From Halodesulfurarchaeum sp. (GTDB lineage: Archaea > Halobacteriota > Halobacteria > Halobacteriales > Halobacteriaceae), in NCBI GenBank assembly GCA_034520565.1, contig JAXHNL010000002.1, positions 1,344,001-1,408,000 on the forward strand: a stretch of DNA of 64,000 bases, read 5' to 3'. Under the pieces are notes generated by a model. The model was not told where the DNA came from, made no database searches, and saw nothing but the letters and a program-made list of their open reading frames with translations. The position numbers were made by a program, and so were the translations under genes. The stretch's first letter is position 1; each line of letters starts with the position of its first letter. This document shows, one piece after another, positions 1 through 10,134 of this stretch.

Positions 1-37
1 GGATCTGGCCGGCTCCGTAGGTAGATTCCTCGACCAT
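1..37 (-). CDS. gyrB: DNA gyrase subunit B, 5' end only (runs off the window)
   Basis: Minus strand from ATG at 37 reads [12 protein letters not shown], the typical GyrB N-terminus (YGAGQI). It is divergent from top6B, as in other haloarchaea. Confidence 0.75.
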   Translation of the reverse strand, partial: MVEESTYGAGQI

Positions 38-221
38 GAATGAAGTGGATACGAATAGTTCGTCCTGCCTTAAAAACCCGGCTATGCGCGTGCACGCGCG
101 CGTGGACGGCCGGCATCCGGGCACCCTTAACCCCGACAGGACCGTCCGCTTCACTTTCACCACGCATACCGATCGGACCGGGAGCCTTTTGGCGACTGGC
201 CCGGAAACCCGACCTAATCGA

Positions 222-2606
222 ATGACGGCCTTCGATCCGACCGCCGAGGGAGGTGGTGCAGTCGCGTCCGAACTCGCCGCCGAGCAGCGCTCCATCTCGA
301 TTGCCGAGTTCTTCGAGAAGAACAAGCACATGCTGGGCTTCGACAGCGAAGCCCGGGCGCTGGTCACCGCCACGAAGGAGGGGGTAGATAACAGTTTGGA
401 CGCCGCCGAGGAGGCCGGCTATCTGCCGGATATCTACGTCGAGATCAGGGAAATCGACGATCACTACCGACTGATCATCGAGGACAACGGCCCGGGGATC
501 ACCGCCGAGGAGTTGCCGAAGGTCTTCGGAAAACTGCTTTACGGGTCGCGGTTTCATAAGCGGGTTCAAAAGCGCGGCCAGCAAGGAATCGGCATTTCAG
601 CGGCTGTACTGTACGCTCAGCTCACTTCCGGGAAGCCGGTGAAGATCACCTCCCGGACCGAGGGCCAGGACGAGGCCCATTATTTCGAACTCGTCATCGA
701 CACCGACGACAACGAACCCGAAATCCGGACGGAGTCGACGACCACCTGGGACCGGAGCCACGGCACCCGCATCGAACTCGACATGGAGGCGAACATGCGG
801 GCCCGCCAACAGCTCCACGATTACATCAAACACACCGCGGTCGTCAACCCGCACGCCCGGATCGAACTCCGCGAACCGAACGCCCATCTCAAGTCCGAAC
901 GGGCCGAGGGAGCGACCCTGCCGGCGGAAACCGAGGAAATCCGCCCGCATCCACACGGTGTGGAGATCGGCACGCTGCTCAAGATGCTCGCGACGACCGA
1001 TTCCCGAACGATCCGCGGCTTCCTGCAGACCGCGTTCACTCGCGTGGGGCAGAAGACCGCAGACGAGATCATCGCGGCCTTCGGCGACCGCGAGTTCGGT
1101 CGCCAGTTCCGCTGGCACCCGCCCCAGGACCACGAGGACGTGAACCTCGCCCGGGTGGTCGTGGAGGCGGTGACGAACAAGGGACGGGATCTGGAGCGAC
1201 GGTTCGGCGACACGCTCGCCGAGGCGGTTCGCGGGGCCGCCCCGGTGAGCCACGATGAACTCCGCGAACTCGTGGACGGCGTCGCCGACGACCTCGCCGA
1301 GGAATCCGGCCGGGCCTTCGGGAGCACCGTCCGCGCGAAGGTGCAGGAAGCCGCCTGGGGCGCCATCACGAACGATCGCCGGGGCGAGCTCTATCGGACG
1401 GTCGACGAGGTGACCACCAAGCGGAAGGACGACGCGGCGATCGACGCCCTGGCACAGCGACTCGCCGAGCGGATCGCGGACGTCGATCGAGACCAGTTCA
1501 CCAGGAAGGCACTGAGCAAAGCGGTCGACCGGGCTGCCGATCTTACCGAGGAGATGGACGGGGAGACCTTCGGCGAGACGGCCCGGGAGAACATCGTCGA
1601 AGCCCTCTGGGACGGGATGGCCCGGGTCGAGGGCACCCTTCCCAAACCCGGTGCGCTGGCCGAGGATCGGGACGCCGCCAGCAACCTCATCGATGGGATG
1701 GCCTCGGTCGACGTGATGGCCCCGCCCTCGAGCTGTCTCTCCCCGATCACCGCCAAGCAGATCGAGGCCGGACTCCGGAGCGAGTTCGACGCCGAGTTCT
1801 ACACTGCCGCGACTCGCGACGCCGAGGTGCACAGCGGTGATCCGTTCATCGCGGAGGCGGGTATCGCGTACGGTGGGGACATCGAGGACGGCTCGCCGGC
1901 CGAACTCATGCGGTTTGCGAACCGGGTCCCGCTCGTCTACCAGCGCGGGGCCTGTGCGATGACCGACGTGGTCAAGGGAATCAACTGGCGGAACTACGGT
2001 CTCGACCAGCCGGGCGGAAACGGCATTCCACAGGGTCCGGTGGTCATTATGATCCACGTCGCCTCGACGAACGTGCCCTTTACGAGCGAGTCGAAGGACG
2101 CCCTCGCCAACGTTCCGGAGATCGAGGACGAACTCGAACTCGCCCTCCGGGAGGCCGCTCGGGACCTCAAGTCCCACCTCAACAAGCGGGAATCGATGCG
2201 GAAACGCCGCCAGAAGCAGAACGTCATCGCGGACATCCTCCCGACGATGGCCGCGAAGGTTTCCTCGATCACCGAGCGCGAGCCGGTCGACGTGAGCGAT
2301 TCGCTGGCCCGAATTATGAACAACGTCCTCGTCGAGCGCGAGCGGGAGGACGGAACCGTCCGCCTACAGGTCGAGAACCACGGCTCGGCAAACGCCGATC
2401 TCGAGATCACGGAGATCGTCAGCGAGGAGCCCCAGGATCTGTCGGACGGATCGGTGGTCGAAATGGACGGGGAGTACTTCGTCACCTGGAAACCGGTCGT
2501 CGAAGGGGGTGGCGAAGCGACACTCGAATACGAGGTGAGCGGTGACGCCGAGTTCGACGTGCAGGTCTCCGGTATCGAGGAGACGAAACTCACGGTGGAA
2601 CAATGA
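222..2606 (+). CDS. top6B: DNA topoisomerase VI subunit B
   Basis: [43 protein letters not shown] motifs and [11 protein letters not shown]222 is preferred over 36, which overlaps the gyrB start. Confidence 0.97.
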   Translation: MTAFDPTAEGGGAVASELAAEQRSISIAEFFEKNKHMLGFDSEARALVTATKEGVDNSLDAAEEAGYLPDIYVEIREIDDHYRLIIEDNGPGITAEELPKVFGKLLYGSRFHKRVQKRGQQGIGISAAVLYAQLTSGKPVKITSRTEGQDEAHYFELVIDTDDNEPEIRTESTTTWDRSHGTRIELDMEANMRARQQLHDYIKHTAVVNPHARIELREPNAHLKSERAEGATLPAETEEIRPHPHGVEIGTLLKMLATTDSRTIRGFLQTAFTRVGQKTADEIIAAFGDREFGRQFRWHPPQDHEDVNLARVVVEAVTNKGRDLERRFGDTLAEAVRGAAPVSHDELRELVDGVADDLAEESGRAFGSTVRAKVQEAAWGAITNDRRGELYRTVDEVTTKRKDDAAIDALAQRLAERIADVDRDQFTRKALSKAVDRAADLTEEMDGETFGETARENIVEALWDGMARVEGTLPKPGALAEDRDAASNLIDGMASVDVMAPPSSCLSPITAKQIEAGLRSEFDAEFYTAATRDAEVHSGDPFIAEAGIAYGGDIEDGSPAELMRFANRVPLVYQRGACAMTDVVKGINWRNYGLDQPGGNGIPQGPVVIMIHVASTNVPFTSESKDALANVPEIEDELELALREAARDLKSHLNKRESMRKRRQKQNVIADILPTMAAKVSSITEREPVDVSDSLARIMNNVLVEREREDGTVRLQVENHGSANADLEITEIVSEEPQDLSDGSVVEMDGEYFVTWKPVVEGGGEATLEYEVSGDAEFDVQVSGIEETKLTVEQ

Positions 2607-3685
2607 GCGACGCAGAAGCGAGAGCAAAACTGATCGACCTGGCGGCACAGTTCTACGACCAGTTCGAGCTGGGCGAGATCCCCCACATGGAGGTTCCGAC
2701 CCGCTCGAAGTCCAACATCGTCTTCGACGACGAATCGGGGGTCTGGGTCTACGGCGACCGGACGAGTTCCCGAAGCGCCAATACGGTCCGCGGGGCCCGC
2801 AAACTCCTCAAGGCCGTCTACACGATCGAGTTCTTGGCCGACCAGCTCGATCAGGATCGCTCCTCGACCCTGCGGGAACTCTACTACCTCAGTGAGTCCT
2901 GGGACGAGGAGGAGGCCCAGTTCAACGACCAGAGCCAGTCCGACAACTTGATCGAGGACCTCGAGATCGTCTCGGGGGTCAAGCGGGAGGACTTCCACAT
3001 GCGCCCGGAGGAGTCGGGGGCGACGCTCATGGGCCCGCTGTTCCTCCGCGAGCAAACCCGTCGTGGCGACCGCGAGATTCACTGTCAACAGGACGTCGGG
3101 GAAGGGGGATACCAGATCCCGAACAACCCAGATACGATCGAGTTCCTCGATCACGATGCGGACTTCGTGATGGCCGTGGAGACCGGCGGTATGCGGGACC
3201 GGTTGATCGAGAACGGCTTCGACGACGAGTACAACGCCATCATCGTCCACCTCAAGGGCCAGCCCGCGCGGGCGACCCGCCGCATCACGAAGCGGCTTCA
3301 CGACGACCTCGATCTGCCGGTCACGGTCTTCACTGACGGTGACCCCTGGTCCTACCGGATCTACGGCTCGGTGGCCTACGGCTCGATCAAGAGCGCCCAC
3401 CTCTCGAAGTATCTCGCGACCCCGGAGGCGGACTTCGTGGGCATTCGCCCGGTCGACATCGTCGAGTACGATCTCCCGACCGATCCGCTCGGGGATTCGG
3501 ACGTGAACGCCCTCGAGAGCGAACTCGATGACCCCCGTTTCAGCACGGAGTTCTGGACCGAGCAGATCGAACTCCAGCTCGACATCGGGAAGAAGGCCGA
3601 ACAGCAGGCTCTGGCCTCGCGGGGGCTTGACTTCGTGACCGACACGTACCTGCCCGACCGACTCGAGGAGATGGGCGTCGTCTGA
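2603..3685 (+). CDS. top6A: DNA topoisomerase VI subunit A
   Basis: TLRELYY catalytic Tyr motif, TOPRIM VET and TDGDPW; 4-bp overlap with top6B. Confidence 0.97.
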   Translation: MSDAEARAKLIDLAAQFYDQFELGEIPHMEVPTRSKSNIVFDDESGVWVYGDRTSSRSANTVRGARKLLKAVYTIEFLADQLDQDRSSTLRELYYLSESWDEEEAQFNDQSQSDNLIEDLEIVSGVKREDFHMRPEESGATLMGPLFLREQTRRGDREIHCQQDVGEGGYQIPNNPDTIEFLDHDADFVMAVETGGMRDRLIENGFDDEYNAIIVHLKGQPARATRRITKRLHDDLDLPVTVFTDGDPWSYRIYGSVAYGSIKSAHLSKYLATPEADFVGIRPVDIVEYDLPTDPLGDSDVNALESELDDPRFSTEFWTEQIELQLDIGKKAEQQALASRGLDFVTDTYLPDRLEEMGVV

Positions 3686-3782
3686 AGACGGGTGTTTCCA
3701 AACGGGCGCTAATCACGAGGATCGGACTTTTCATCGACGTGCAGCCGTCGGGTATTTGTGTCCCTCCTCCCAACGGGCGGCC

Positions 3783-5303
3783 ATGTCCGGCCCGGATCTC
3801 GCCAGTGCGGTCGGCGACGTGCTTGCCATCGACCCGACAACCTTCCAGGACCGGGTCCACGAGGAGGCGGCGGTTCTCAAGACGGAACTCGAGGCCGGCA
3901 CCTTCGACAATCCACAGGCGATCGTCGGCCTGGAGTACGAGTTCTACGCGGTGGACGAGTACGGGTCGCTGGCACGGATCCCCCGCAGGCTGCTCGAGTA
4001 CGTCGGCTTCGAGAAGGAACTCGGGCTGCACAATGCCGAGATGCAGACCTTCCCCGATCCGCTGAACGACGCCGGGTTGCAATCCCAGGAGTCGAGTGTC
4101 ATCTCCCGGATCGACGCGGCCGCCCGGCCCATGGACGCCGAAGGGCTCCAGCTCGTCAGCGACGGGCTCTGGACGATACCGCCGACCGGCGAATCGACTC
4201 GGGAGTACCTGACCGACACCGTCGAGCGAGAGGGGATGGTCCTCGCGACGAACATGTCGGATACGCCGCGCTATCACGCGATGGCCAACAGCCCCGTCGA
4301 ACCGGGAATGCGTATCGACGTGCCCCACGCTTCCCTCGAGGCCGAAACCGTGATGCCCGAAAGCCTGATCACGTCGATCCAGCCACATTACCAGGTCCCA
4401 CGGGCGGCCGACCTGCCGGAATACTTCCGCTATGCACTCCGGGTGGCGGGCCCGCTGCTTGCACTCGGGGTCAACTCGCCGTTCCTGCCACCGGACCTCT
4501 ACGACGACGTGGATCCCTACGCGGTTCTTTCGGACGGCTATGCCGAACACCGCATCGACATCTTCGAATCGATGCTCAACGTCCCCGGCCGGGACGGCAA
4601 GGTTCGATTCCCCGAGGACGTTGCGACCGTCGAGGACGCCATCATGGCCATCGCCGAGGACGACGTGCTGGTGCCGATGGCCGTGGAGAAGGGGTGTCGG
4701 TTCGACGACGACTTCGCCCATTTCCGGATGAAACACGGCACGTTCTGGCGCTGGGTTCGCCCCGTGTTCGAGGGCGCCTCGCGAACTGACGCGAATGCAC
4801 GCATCGAATTTCGGCCCATTCCCGCCCAGCCCACCGTTCGGGACAGTATCGCCTTCCAGGCCGCCTTTGCCGGATTGCTCGAACAGCTCCGCCAGCAGGA
4901 GCATCCACTCTTCGAGCTTTCCTGGGCGGCTGCTCGCGAGAACTTCTATGCGGCCATGCGGGAGGGCCTCGACGCCGACCTTACCTACATCACGGCGTCC
5001 GGCGAGGAGCCAGCGGAGCCACCGGACATCTATGCCGACCTCCTCGAACAGGCGCAGGCGGGACTCCGCCGTCGGGGACTGACCGGTGAAACGGCTGCGA
5101 GGTATCTCTGGCCCCTCCGACGGCGGGTTCGGCAAGGTATCACCCCTGCGGAGTGGAAGCGGAACCGAGTCAGAGAGAAGCTTCAGGACGGGGCCGACCT
5201 GACAGTCGCCATCGAGGAGATGCAGGAACACTACTTCGAACTGCAACGCCGGACGCTCCTCGACGGGAGTTTCACCGACTGGTTCGATCCCGGCGGTCCC
5301 TGA
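3783..5303 (+). CDS. Glutamate-cysteine ligase (GCS2)-like carboxylate-amine ligase, function uncertain
   Basis: VGLEYEF, ELGLHNAEM, SIQPHYQV, NSPF, HGTFWRWVRP and RIEFRP motifs of the GS/GCS fold. Confidence 0.7.
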   Translation: MSGPDLASAVGDVLAIDPTTFQDRVHEEAAVLKTELEAGTFDNPQAIVGLEYEFYAVDEYGSLARIPRRLLEYVGFEKELGLHNAEMQTFPDPLNDAGLQSQESSVISRIDAAARPMDAEGLQLVSDGLWTIPPTGESTREYLTDTVEREGMVLATNMSDTPRYHAMANSPVEPGMRIDVPHASLEAETVMPESLITSIQPHYQVPRAADLPEYFRYALRVAGPLLALGVNSPFLPPDLYDDVDPYAVLSDGYAEHRIDIFESMLNVPGRDGKVRFPEDVATVEDAIMAIAEDDVLVPMAVEKGCRFDDDFAHFRMKHGTFWRWVRPVFEGASRTDANARIEFRPIPAQPTVRDSIAFQAAFAGLLEQLRQQEHPLFELSWAAARENFYAAMREGLDADLTYITASGEEPAEPPDIYADLLEQAQAGLRRRGLTGETAARYLWPLRRRVRQGITPAEWKRNRVREKLQDGADLTVAIEEMQEHYFELQRRTLLDGSFTDWFDPGGP

Positions 5304-5333
5304 AAAGCCAGCGTCCCGAAATCCGCGGTCAGC

Positions 5334-6068
5334 CTACAGCACGTCGTCGATGTCCTTGTGGCCGACGATCTCCACGTTCTCGCGGGTGACCTTCGTTACG
5401 TGAATGCCGTTCCCACTTGCCGTGTCACGCTCGCTGGCCGAATCGACGGCCTGGGCTGCAATCGTGACGGCCTCGTCCATGGTGAGGTCGTCGGTATACT
5501 CCTGTTCGAGGACGCCGAGTGCGTAGGGCATGCCGCTTCCCTGCGCGGAATAGTCGTCGGCGAGCGAACTGCCGCTGGGATCCAGACTGTAGACGTGGGC
5601 CCCGTCGTCGTCCATGCCGGCGAGCAGCGGGACGACCATGAAGAAGGGACCGCCGCGGAGGAGATTACTGGCCATCGTCGCGAGCGCGTTGATCGACATG
5701 TATTCGCCCCGGCGGGCCTCGTAGAGACTGGCTTCGGCCCGAAGGGAGCGGATGTAGGACTGGGCGCCGCCGACCGAGCCCGACATCGAGAGGGCGGCGT
5801 TCTGCTGGATCTCCTCGACCTTCTGGACGTCCTTGTTCGAAACGACGCGGCCGCCGAGACTCGCTCGCATGTCCGAGCCCATGACGACGCCATCCGGGGT
5901 CGTGATTCCGACGATGGTCGTGCCGGTTTTGGTCACGTTCTCGAGGTCGGTCTCGCTGACTGGACTTTCCGGGAGCGGGCCGAGCTGGGGCTCGTACGGG
6001 TCGCCGACGTCGAGATTTGGGGTTTCGGCTCCGTCCGGGCGTGGAACCGACTCTTGGGGATCAAACAT
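5334..6068 (-). CDS. psmB: Proteasome beta subunit
   Basis: Propeptide then KTG|TTIVG, DMRAS, GSGMPYA, ERDTASG. Confidence 0.97.
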   Translation of the reverse strand: MFDPQESVPRPDGAETPNLDVGDPYEPQLGPLPESPVSETDLENVTKTGTTIVGITTPDGVVMGSDMRASLGGRVVSNKDVQKVEEIQQNAALSMSGSVGGAQSYIRSLRAEASLYEARRGEYMSINALATMASNLLRGGPFFMVVPLLAGMDDDGAHVYSLDPSGSSLADDYSAQGSGMPYALGVLEQEYTDDLTMDEAVTIAAQAVDSASERDTASGNGIHVTKVTRENVEIVGHKDIDDVL

Positions 6069-6165
6069 TACTCCCGTCTATCCCCGGGCGACAGATAAAT
6101 GCACTCTTTCGGGCGGTCCTGCGGGGGAGTCGTCCCGCCGGGTCCTTCCTCGACCCGTCAGTCGT

Positions 6166-6336
6166 TCACTGCGCCCTGGCCTCGTAGGCCGCTTCCGTCC
6201 GTTCGATCAGCCGGTGGACTGGCAGGGTGATGCCGAACTGCCGTGCCAGCAGGGCGACAGGCAGCAGTCCGATCCCGACTGCGAGGGATATTTGGTAGGC
6301 GGTCAGCGTCGCGAGTTTGGTGGCCCGGGCGATCAT
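6166..6336 (-). CDS. Small conserved haloarchaeal membrane protein (56 aa)
   Basis: MIARATKLATLTAYQISLAVGIGLLPVALL..., one hydrophobic segment, TATA-like TTATAT upstream, usual position beside psmB. Confidence 0.6.
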   Translation of the reverse strand: MIARATKLATLTAYQISLAVGIGLLPVALLARQFGITLPVHRLIERTEAAYEARAQ

Positions 6337-6630
6337 CAGCGTAGTCTGCCTGTCCACGACGGTGGTATATAAGTATTGCGTCAGACACTCTCGTGTTAAC
6401 CCAACGCCGTCTTCGGGTTTTTCGAAGATCGACTTCGATCGGTCCGCCCGAGCCACATGACGCGAAATCGGATAGCGGTCGAGGACCTCACCCGAAAGTC
6501 TGCCATAACGTATGGGAATCATTCCTCGAAGGAGCGCGTTCCCATCCCGCCGAGGCAGCCGGGGCGCAGACCGGTCCGCCGGGGAATTCCAAACCGCAAA
6601 CCACGTTTTACTGCGTCTCGATGATTCGAT

Positions 6631-6993
6631 ATGGCAAATTTCGTGGTCGCGATGGAAGCGGCATGGTTGGTCCGGGACGTCGAGAACTCCGATGACGCGA
6701 TCGGCGTGGCCGTCAGCGAGGCCGGCAAGCGACTCAACGAGGCGGACCTCGATTACGTCGAGGTCCAGCCGGGCATCACGACCTGTCCGGCCTGTGGCGA
6801 GCCGCTCGACGCCGCCTTCCTGGCTGCGGACACCGCCCTCGTCGGCCTCGAACTCGAAATGACGGTGTTCAACGCCGAAAGCGACGAACACGCCTCCCGC
6901 ATCGCGAAAAGCGAGGTCGGCGGCGCGTTGCGTGACGTCCCGCTCAAGGTGATCGAAGTACTCGAGGAGACAGACGGCGACGAGGAGGAGTGA
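6631..6993 (+). CDS. DUF555/UPF0212 protein
   Basis: AAWLVRDV...DDAIGVAVSEAGKRLN, CPACG, HASRIAKSEVG. Confidence 0.88.
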   Translation: MANFVVAMEAAWLVRDVENSDDAIGVAVSEAGKRLNEADLDYVEVQPGITTCPACGEPLDAAFLAADTALVGLELEMTVFNAESDEHASRIAKSEVGGALRDVPLKVIEVLEETDGDEEE

Positions 6994-7044
6994 TTGCCCC
7001 GCGCGAACACCAATCTTTATAATAACTGTGGGTTATTCACCGGT

Positions 7045-7584
7045 ATGCACCTCCCGACGCCCCAGGACCTGCGGGAGCGCCGGACGGAACTCGATCTGAC
7101 CCAGCGCGAGCTGGCCGACCGCGCCGACGTCTCCCAGCCGCTCATCGCCCGGATCGAGGGCGGGGACGTGGATCCACGGCTCTCGACGTTGCGTCGTATC
7201 GTTGAAGCGCTCGAAGCGGCCGAAAGCGAGGTGATCCGGGCCGAAGGGCTGATGCACGAATCGGTCGTCAGCGTCAGCCCGGACGATCCAGTCTCCCTCG
7301 CGGTCGAGCGCATGCAGGAGGAGGGATACTCCCAGCTTCCGGTCATCGAGGGCGGCGTGCCGGTCGGCTCGATCAGCGATTCGGACGTCATTCACGCCGG
7401 CGAGGAGGTCGGCGAAAAACCGGTCCGGGAGATCATGAGCGAGAGCTTCCCGACGGTCTCACCGGAGGCCGTTCTCGCGGAGATCCGGAGTCTTCTCGAA
7501 TACTACAAGGCAGTGATGGTCACCAAAGACGGGACGACCGTCGGGATCATCACGCAGGCGGACGTCGCTGCGCGAGTCAGCTAG
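7045..7584 (+). CDS. XRE-HTH plus CBS-pair transcriptional regulator
   Basis: LTQRELADRADVSQPLIARIE HTH followed by CBS pair (YSQLPVI, VGIITQAD). Confidence 0.92.
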   Translation: MHLPTPQDLRERRTELDLTQRELADRADVSQPLIARIEGGDVDPRLSTLRRIVEALEAAESEVIRAEGLMHESVVSVSPDDPVSLAVERMQEEGYSQLPVIEGGVPVGSISDSDVIHAGEEVGEKPVREIMSESFPTVSPEAVLAEIRSLLEYYKAVMVTKDGTTVGIITQADVAARVS

Positions 7585-7607
7585 GGAATCGACTGCGGTT
7601 TCGCTGC

Positions 7608-8594
7608 CTATTCGTCCGGCTCGAGTTCCAGCCCGCGGATCCGAACCGCAGCTCCGTTGGAAACCTCGCCGATGACCGTCCCATCAGTCTCCTCGACGAA
7701 CGCCTCACTCTCTGCGGGATCGATGGCGACGACGAAGCCGGTGCCCATGTTGAAGGTGCGGTACATCTCCCGGTCGGAGACCGCTCCAGCTGACTGGATG
7801 AACTCGAAAACCGGCTGGATCGGATGCGGGTCGGTGATCTCGTACTCGAACTCGCCCATGCGGAAGAGGTTCGTCCAGCCCCCGCCGGTCACGTGGGCGG
7901 CCGCGTGGACCTCGTGGGCGTGGAGCGCGTCGAGGAGGTAGGTGTAGATCCGGGTCGGTTCGAGGAGTGCCTCGCCGATCGAGCGATCGGCTCCCGGCAG
8001 CGGATCATCGTAGCTGTGCTCGCTCGTCGTGGCTTTCCGGGCCAGCGTGAGACCGTTGGAGTGCACGCCACTTGATGGAATCCCGACGAGTACGTCCCCC
8101 GTCTCCGCTTCGCCCTCCAGCAACTGCTCCTCGGTCGCCAGCCCGGCTGCGGCGCCGGCCAGGTCGAACCCCGTGATGACCTCCGGCAGCACGGCGGTTT
8201 CACCGCCGACGAGACTCACGCCGGCGCGGTTGGCGCCGTCCGCCAGCCCGGCGCCGATTTCCTCGCTCATGGCCTCGCTCGGCTCCTCGACGGCCAGATA
8301 ATCGACGAAGGCGATGGGGGTGACCCCGGCGGCGACGAGGTCGTTCACGTTCATCGCGATGCAGTCGATCCCGATGGACGAATAGTCCTCGACCGCCTCG
8401 GCGACGAGCAGTTTGGTTCCCACGCCGTCCGTGGTCATCGCGAGATAGCGGTCGCCGATGTCGATCAGCCCCGCGTAGGCGGTGGTGTCCTCGACGTCGC
8501 TCATGGCGCCGACCAGCGCGCCAACTGCGGCATCGCTCTCCTCGATGTCGACGCCGGCGTCGGCGTAGGTCAGTCCGTCCTCCTCTTCGGTCAT
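7608..8594 (-). CDS. purM: Phosphoribosylformylglycinamidine cyclo-ligase
   Basis: TYADAGVDI, TDGVGTK, GGETA, SSGVHSNG, HVTGGG, TFNMGTG. Confidence 0.97.
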   Translation of the reverse strand: MTEEEDGLTYADAGVDIEESDAAVGALVGAMSDVEDTTAYAGLIDIGDRYLAMTTDGVGTKLLVAEAVEDYSSIGIDCIAMNVNDLVAAGVTPIAFVDYLAVEEPSEAMSEEIGAGLADGANRAGVSLVGGETAVLPEVITGFDLAGAAAGLATEEQLLEGEAETGDVLVGIPSSGVHSNGLTLARKATTSEHSYDDPLPGADRSIGEALLEPTRIYTYLLDALHAHEVHAAAHVTGGGWTNLFRMGEFEYEITDPHPIQPVFEFIQSAGAVSDREMYRTFNMGTGFVVAIDPAESEAFVEETDGTVIGEVSNGAAVRIRGLELEPDE

Positions 8595-8715
8595 GCAGGT
8601 ATCGGCGTGGGGGGCGGCGAAAAGCCCTGCGGTCCACTGGCCAACTCGATTTACCCGACGATGGCCGGATTTGAAGCGATTTGTTTCGAAGTGTTTCTGA
8701 ACGTGTTTCGTCGTG

Positions 8716-9063
8716 TTAGGGACCTGTAAAGAGGCTCAATAGCCCCTTCTTTACCAGTTTTTCACCTTCTGCTGTCAGGGTACCGTGAGCTCTGCCGGCT
8801 TCGATTGTGCTTGGCGGGATCGTGTACAATGACCACGGGAGTAGCACCGTCGGTTTCCCGAAGTTGATTCCAGTGAGATGAGACTCTTCGAGTTGCGGTG
8901 TATAGTGGTCGTATTTATCGGGCTCAGTTCCAAGACTCATGATCGTACATTCGACTGAGTTATACGGTCGATTTTCATGGGCGAGGACTATCACCGGTCG
9001 TGTTTCGTGCGCTCCTGTCGGGTCGACGGCCCATGCAACCGTTCCGGACGGATATTTCGCCAT
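8716..9063 (-). CDS. PemK/MazF-like toxin
   Basis: VAWAVDP...RPVIVL...SLGT pattern; translationally coupled to the upstream HTH gene; lower GC than flanks. Confidence 0.65.
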   Translation of the reverse strand: MAKYPSGTVAWAVDPTGAHETRPVIVLAHENRPYNSVECTIMSLGTEPDKYDHYTPQLEESHLTGINFGKPTVLLPWSLYTIPPSTIEAGRAHGTLTAEGEKLVKKGLLSLFTGP

Positions 9064-9452
9064 TACTCGAGATCCGATTCTATGGATTTCACTTCAGCCT
9101 CGAGTGCGGATTCGTCGATGGTGGCTTGGCCACTCGCATCCTCGGTCGTAGTGGTTGGGGGCCGGTCAAAGAGCCGTTCTAACTGGTCGAGACTTCCGAC
9201 GTATCGACGGAGGTCTTCACGGTGATCAATCGCGTGGTAGTAGCTATTGTCCGTTTTTTCGATATACCCTTGCTCACACAGTCGCTTCACCGTTGTCGTC
9301 GCCGTTCCCCGGGGGATATCTAATGCCTCGCTGATTTCCGCAGGCCGAAATCCGAGTTTTGGATTCGTATACAGCATTACCACGATATCCGATTTCGTGG
9401 TACCGGGGGTTAGATTGACATCGGAATCGTGGCTCTCGAGATGGATCGGCAT
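9063..9452 (-). CDS. MarR-like wHTH antitoxin/regulator
   Basis: GFRPAEISEALDIPRGTATTTVKRL HTH with acidic tail; paralogous to 22554..22907. Confidence 0.7.
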   Translation of the reverse strand: MPIHLESHDSDVNLTPGTTKSDIVVMLYTNPKLGFRPAEISEALDIPRGTATTTVKRLCEQGYIEKTDNSYYHAIDHREDLRRYVGSLDQLERLFDRPPTTTTEDASGQATIDESALEAEVKSIESDLE

Positions 9453-9546
9453 GTTACAATTGAATGTAGTCGATTGTAGCTATATGTAGGTTGCGGCACC
9501 ACCTTTCCACCGCACAATACCGCATGGGACATTTCGGGTTGGTAGT

Positions 9547-10134
9547 TTACCAGAAAAGCACCCAGACCGTCAGCAGGACGCTCGGCACGAAGGTCGCCAC
9601 GTAGACCGGGATACTCCAGTCCTTGACAGTCGCCCCGTCCAGAGCCCCGATCGGCAGGAGATTGAACGCGGCGAGGAAGAGGTTGATCGTCACCCCACGA
9701 GAGCCCAGAAACGGAGCGACGGCCATGACTGGAACGAAGACCGCCGCCAGGGCGAGATTCGTCACCGGGCCGGCCAGGGCGATTAGCCCGTGTTGTCGGT
9801 CGGTCAATCGACCGCGGTGAAAGACCGCACCGGGGGCCGCGAAGACGAACCCAGCTAATCCACCTACGATCGCGAACGCCAGCATCTTGTAATCCGCGAC
9901 GAAGCGGGCGTACTGCCCGAATCGAACTGCCACGACCTTGTGAGCGAGTTCGTGAAGCAGGAAGCCGACGCCGACCGTGAGCAGATTGATCACCATCGCC
10001 CCGACGAACGCCGGACTGAGCAGGAAGTCCCCGATGGTCATCGGGGTGACCCGTTCGAAGAAGAAGGCAAAGGCCAGCCCGAGGGCGACCCACGCGAGAA
10101 GCAGGTCCCGGAGCTCGCGTTCGTCGAGTTTCAT
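9547..10134 (-). CDS. M50-family membrane zinc metalloprotease
   Basis: HELAH, LAGPVTN, FNLLPIGALDG. Confidence 0.92.
   Translation of the reverse strand: MKLDERELRDLLLAWVALGLAFAFFFERVTPMTIGDFLLSPAFVGAMVINLLTVGVGFLLHELAHKVVAVRFGQYARFVADYKMLAFAIVGGLAGFVFAAPGAVFHRGRLTDRQHGLIALAGPVTNLALAAVFVPVMAVAPFLGSRGVTINLFLAAFNLLPIGALDGATVKDWSIPVYVATFVPSVLLTVWVLFW

Noticed and set aside
36-221. N-terminal extension of Top6B in the ORF track
   Set aside because: It overlaps the gyrB start and the divergent promoter region; recognisable homology begins after ATG222.
1100-1700. Possible intein in the Top6B central insertion
   Set aside because: No C/S...HN-C/S/T splice junctions or LAGLIDADG motifs; an acidic helical insertion is usual in haloarchaeal Top6B.
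597-2177. Long antisense ORFs (also 3540..5246, 13087..15600, 15033..17216, 25278..26738, 58382..59542, 61957..63297)
   Set aside because: Shadow frames of well-supported high-GC genes on the opposite strand, with no recognisable motifs.
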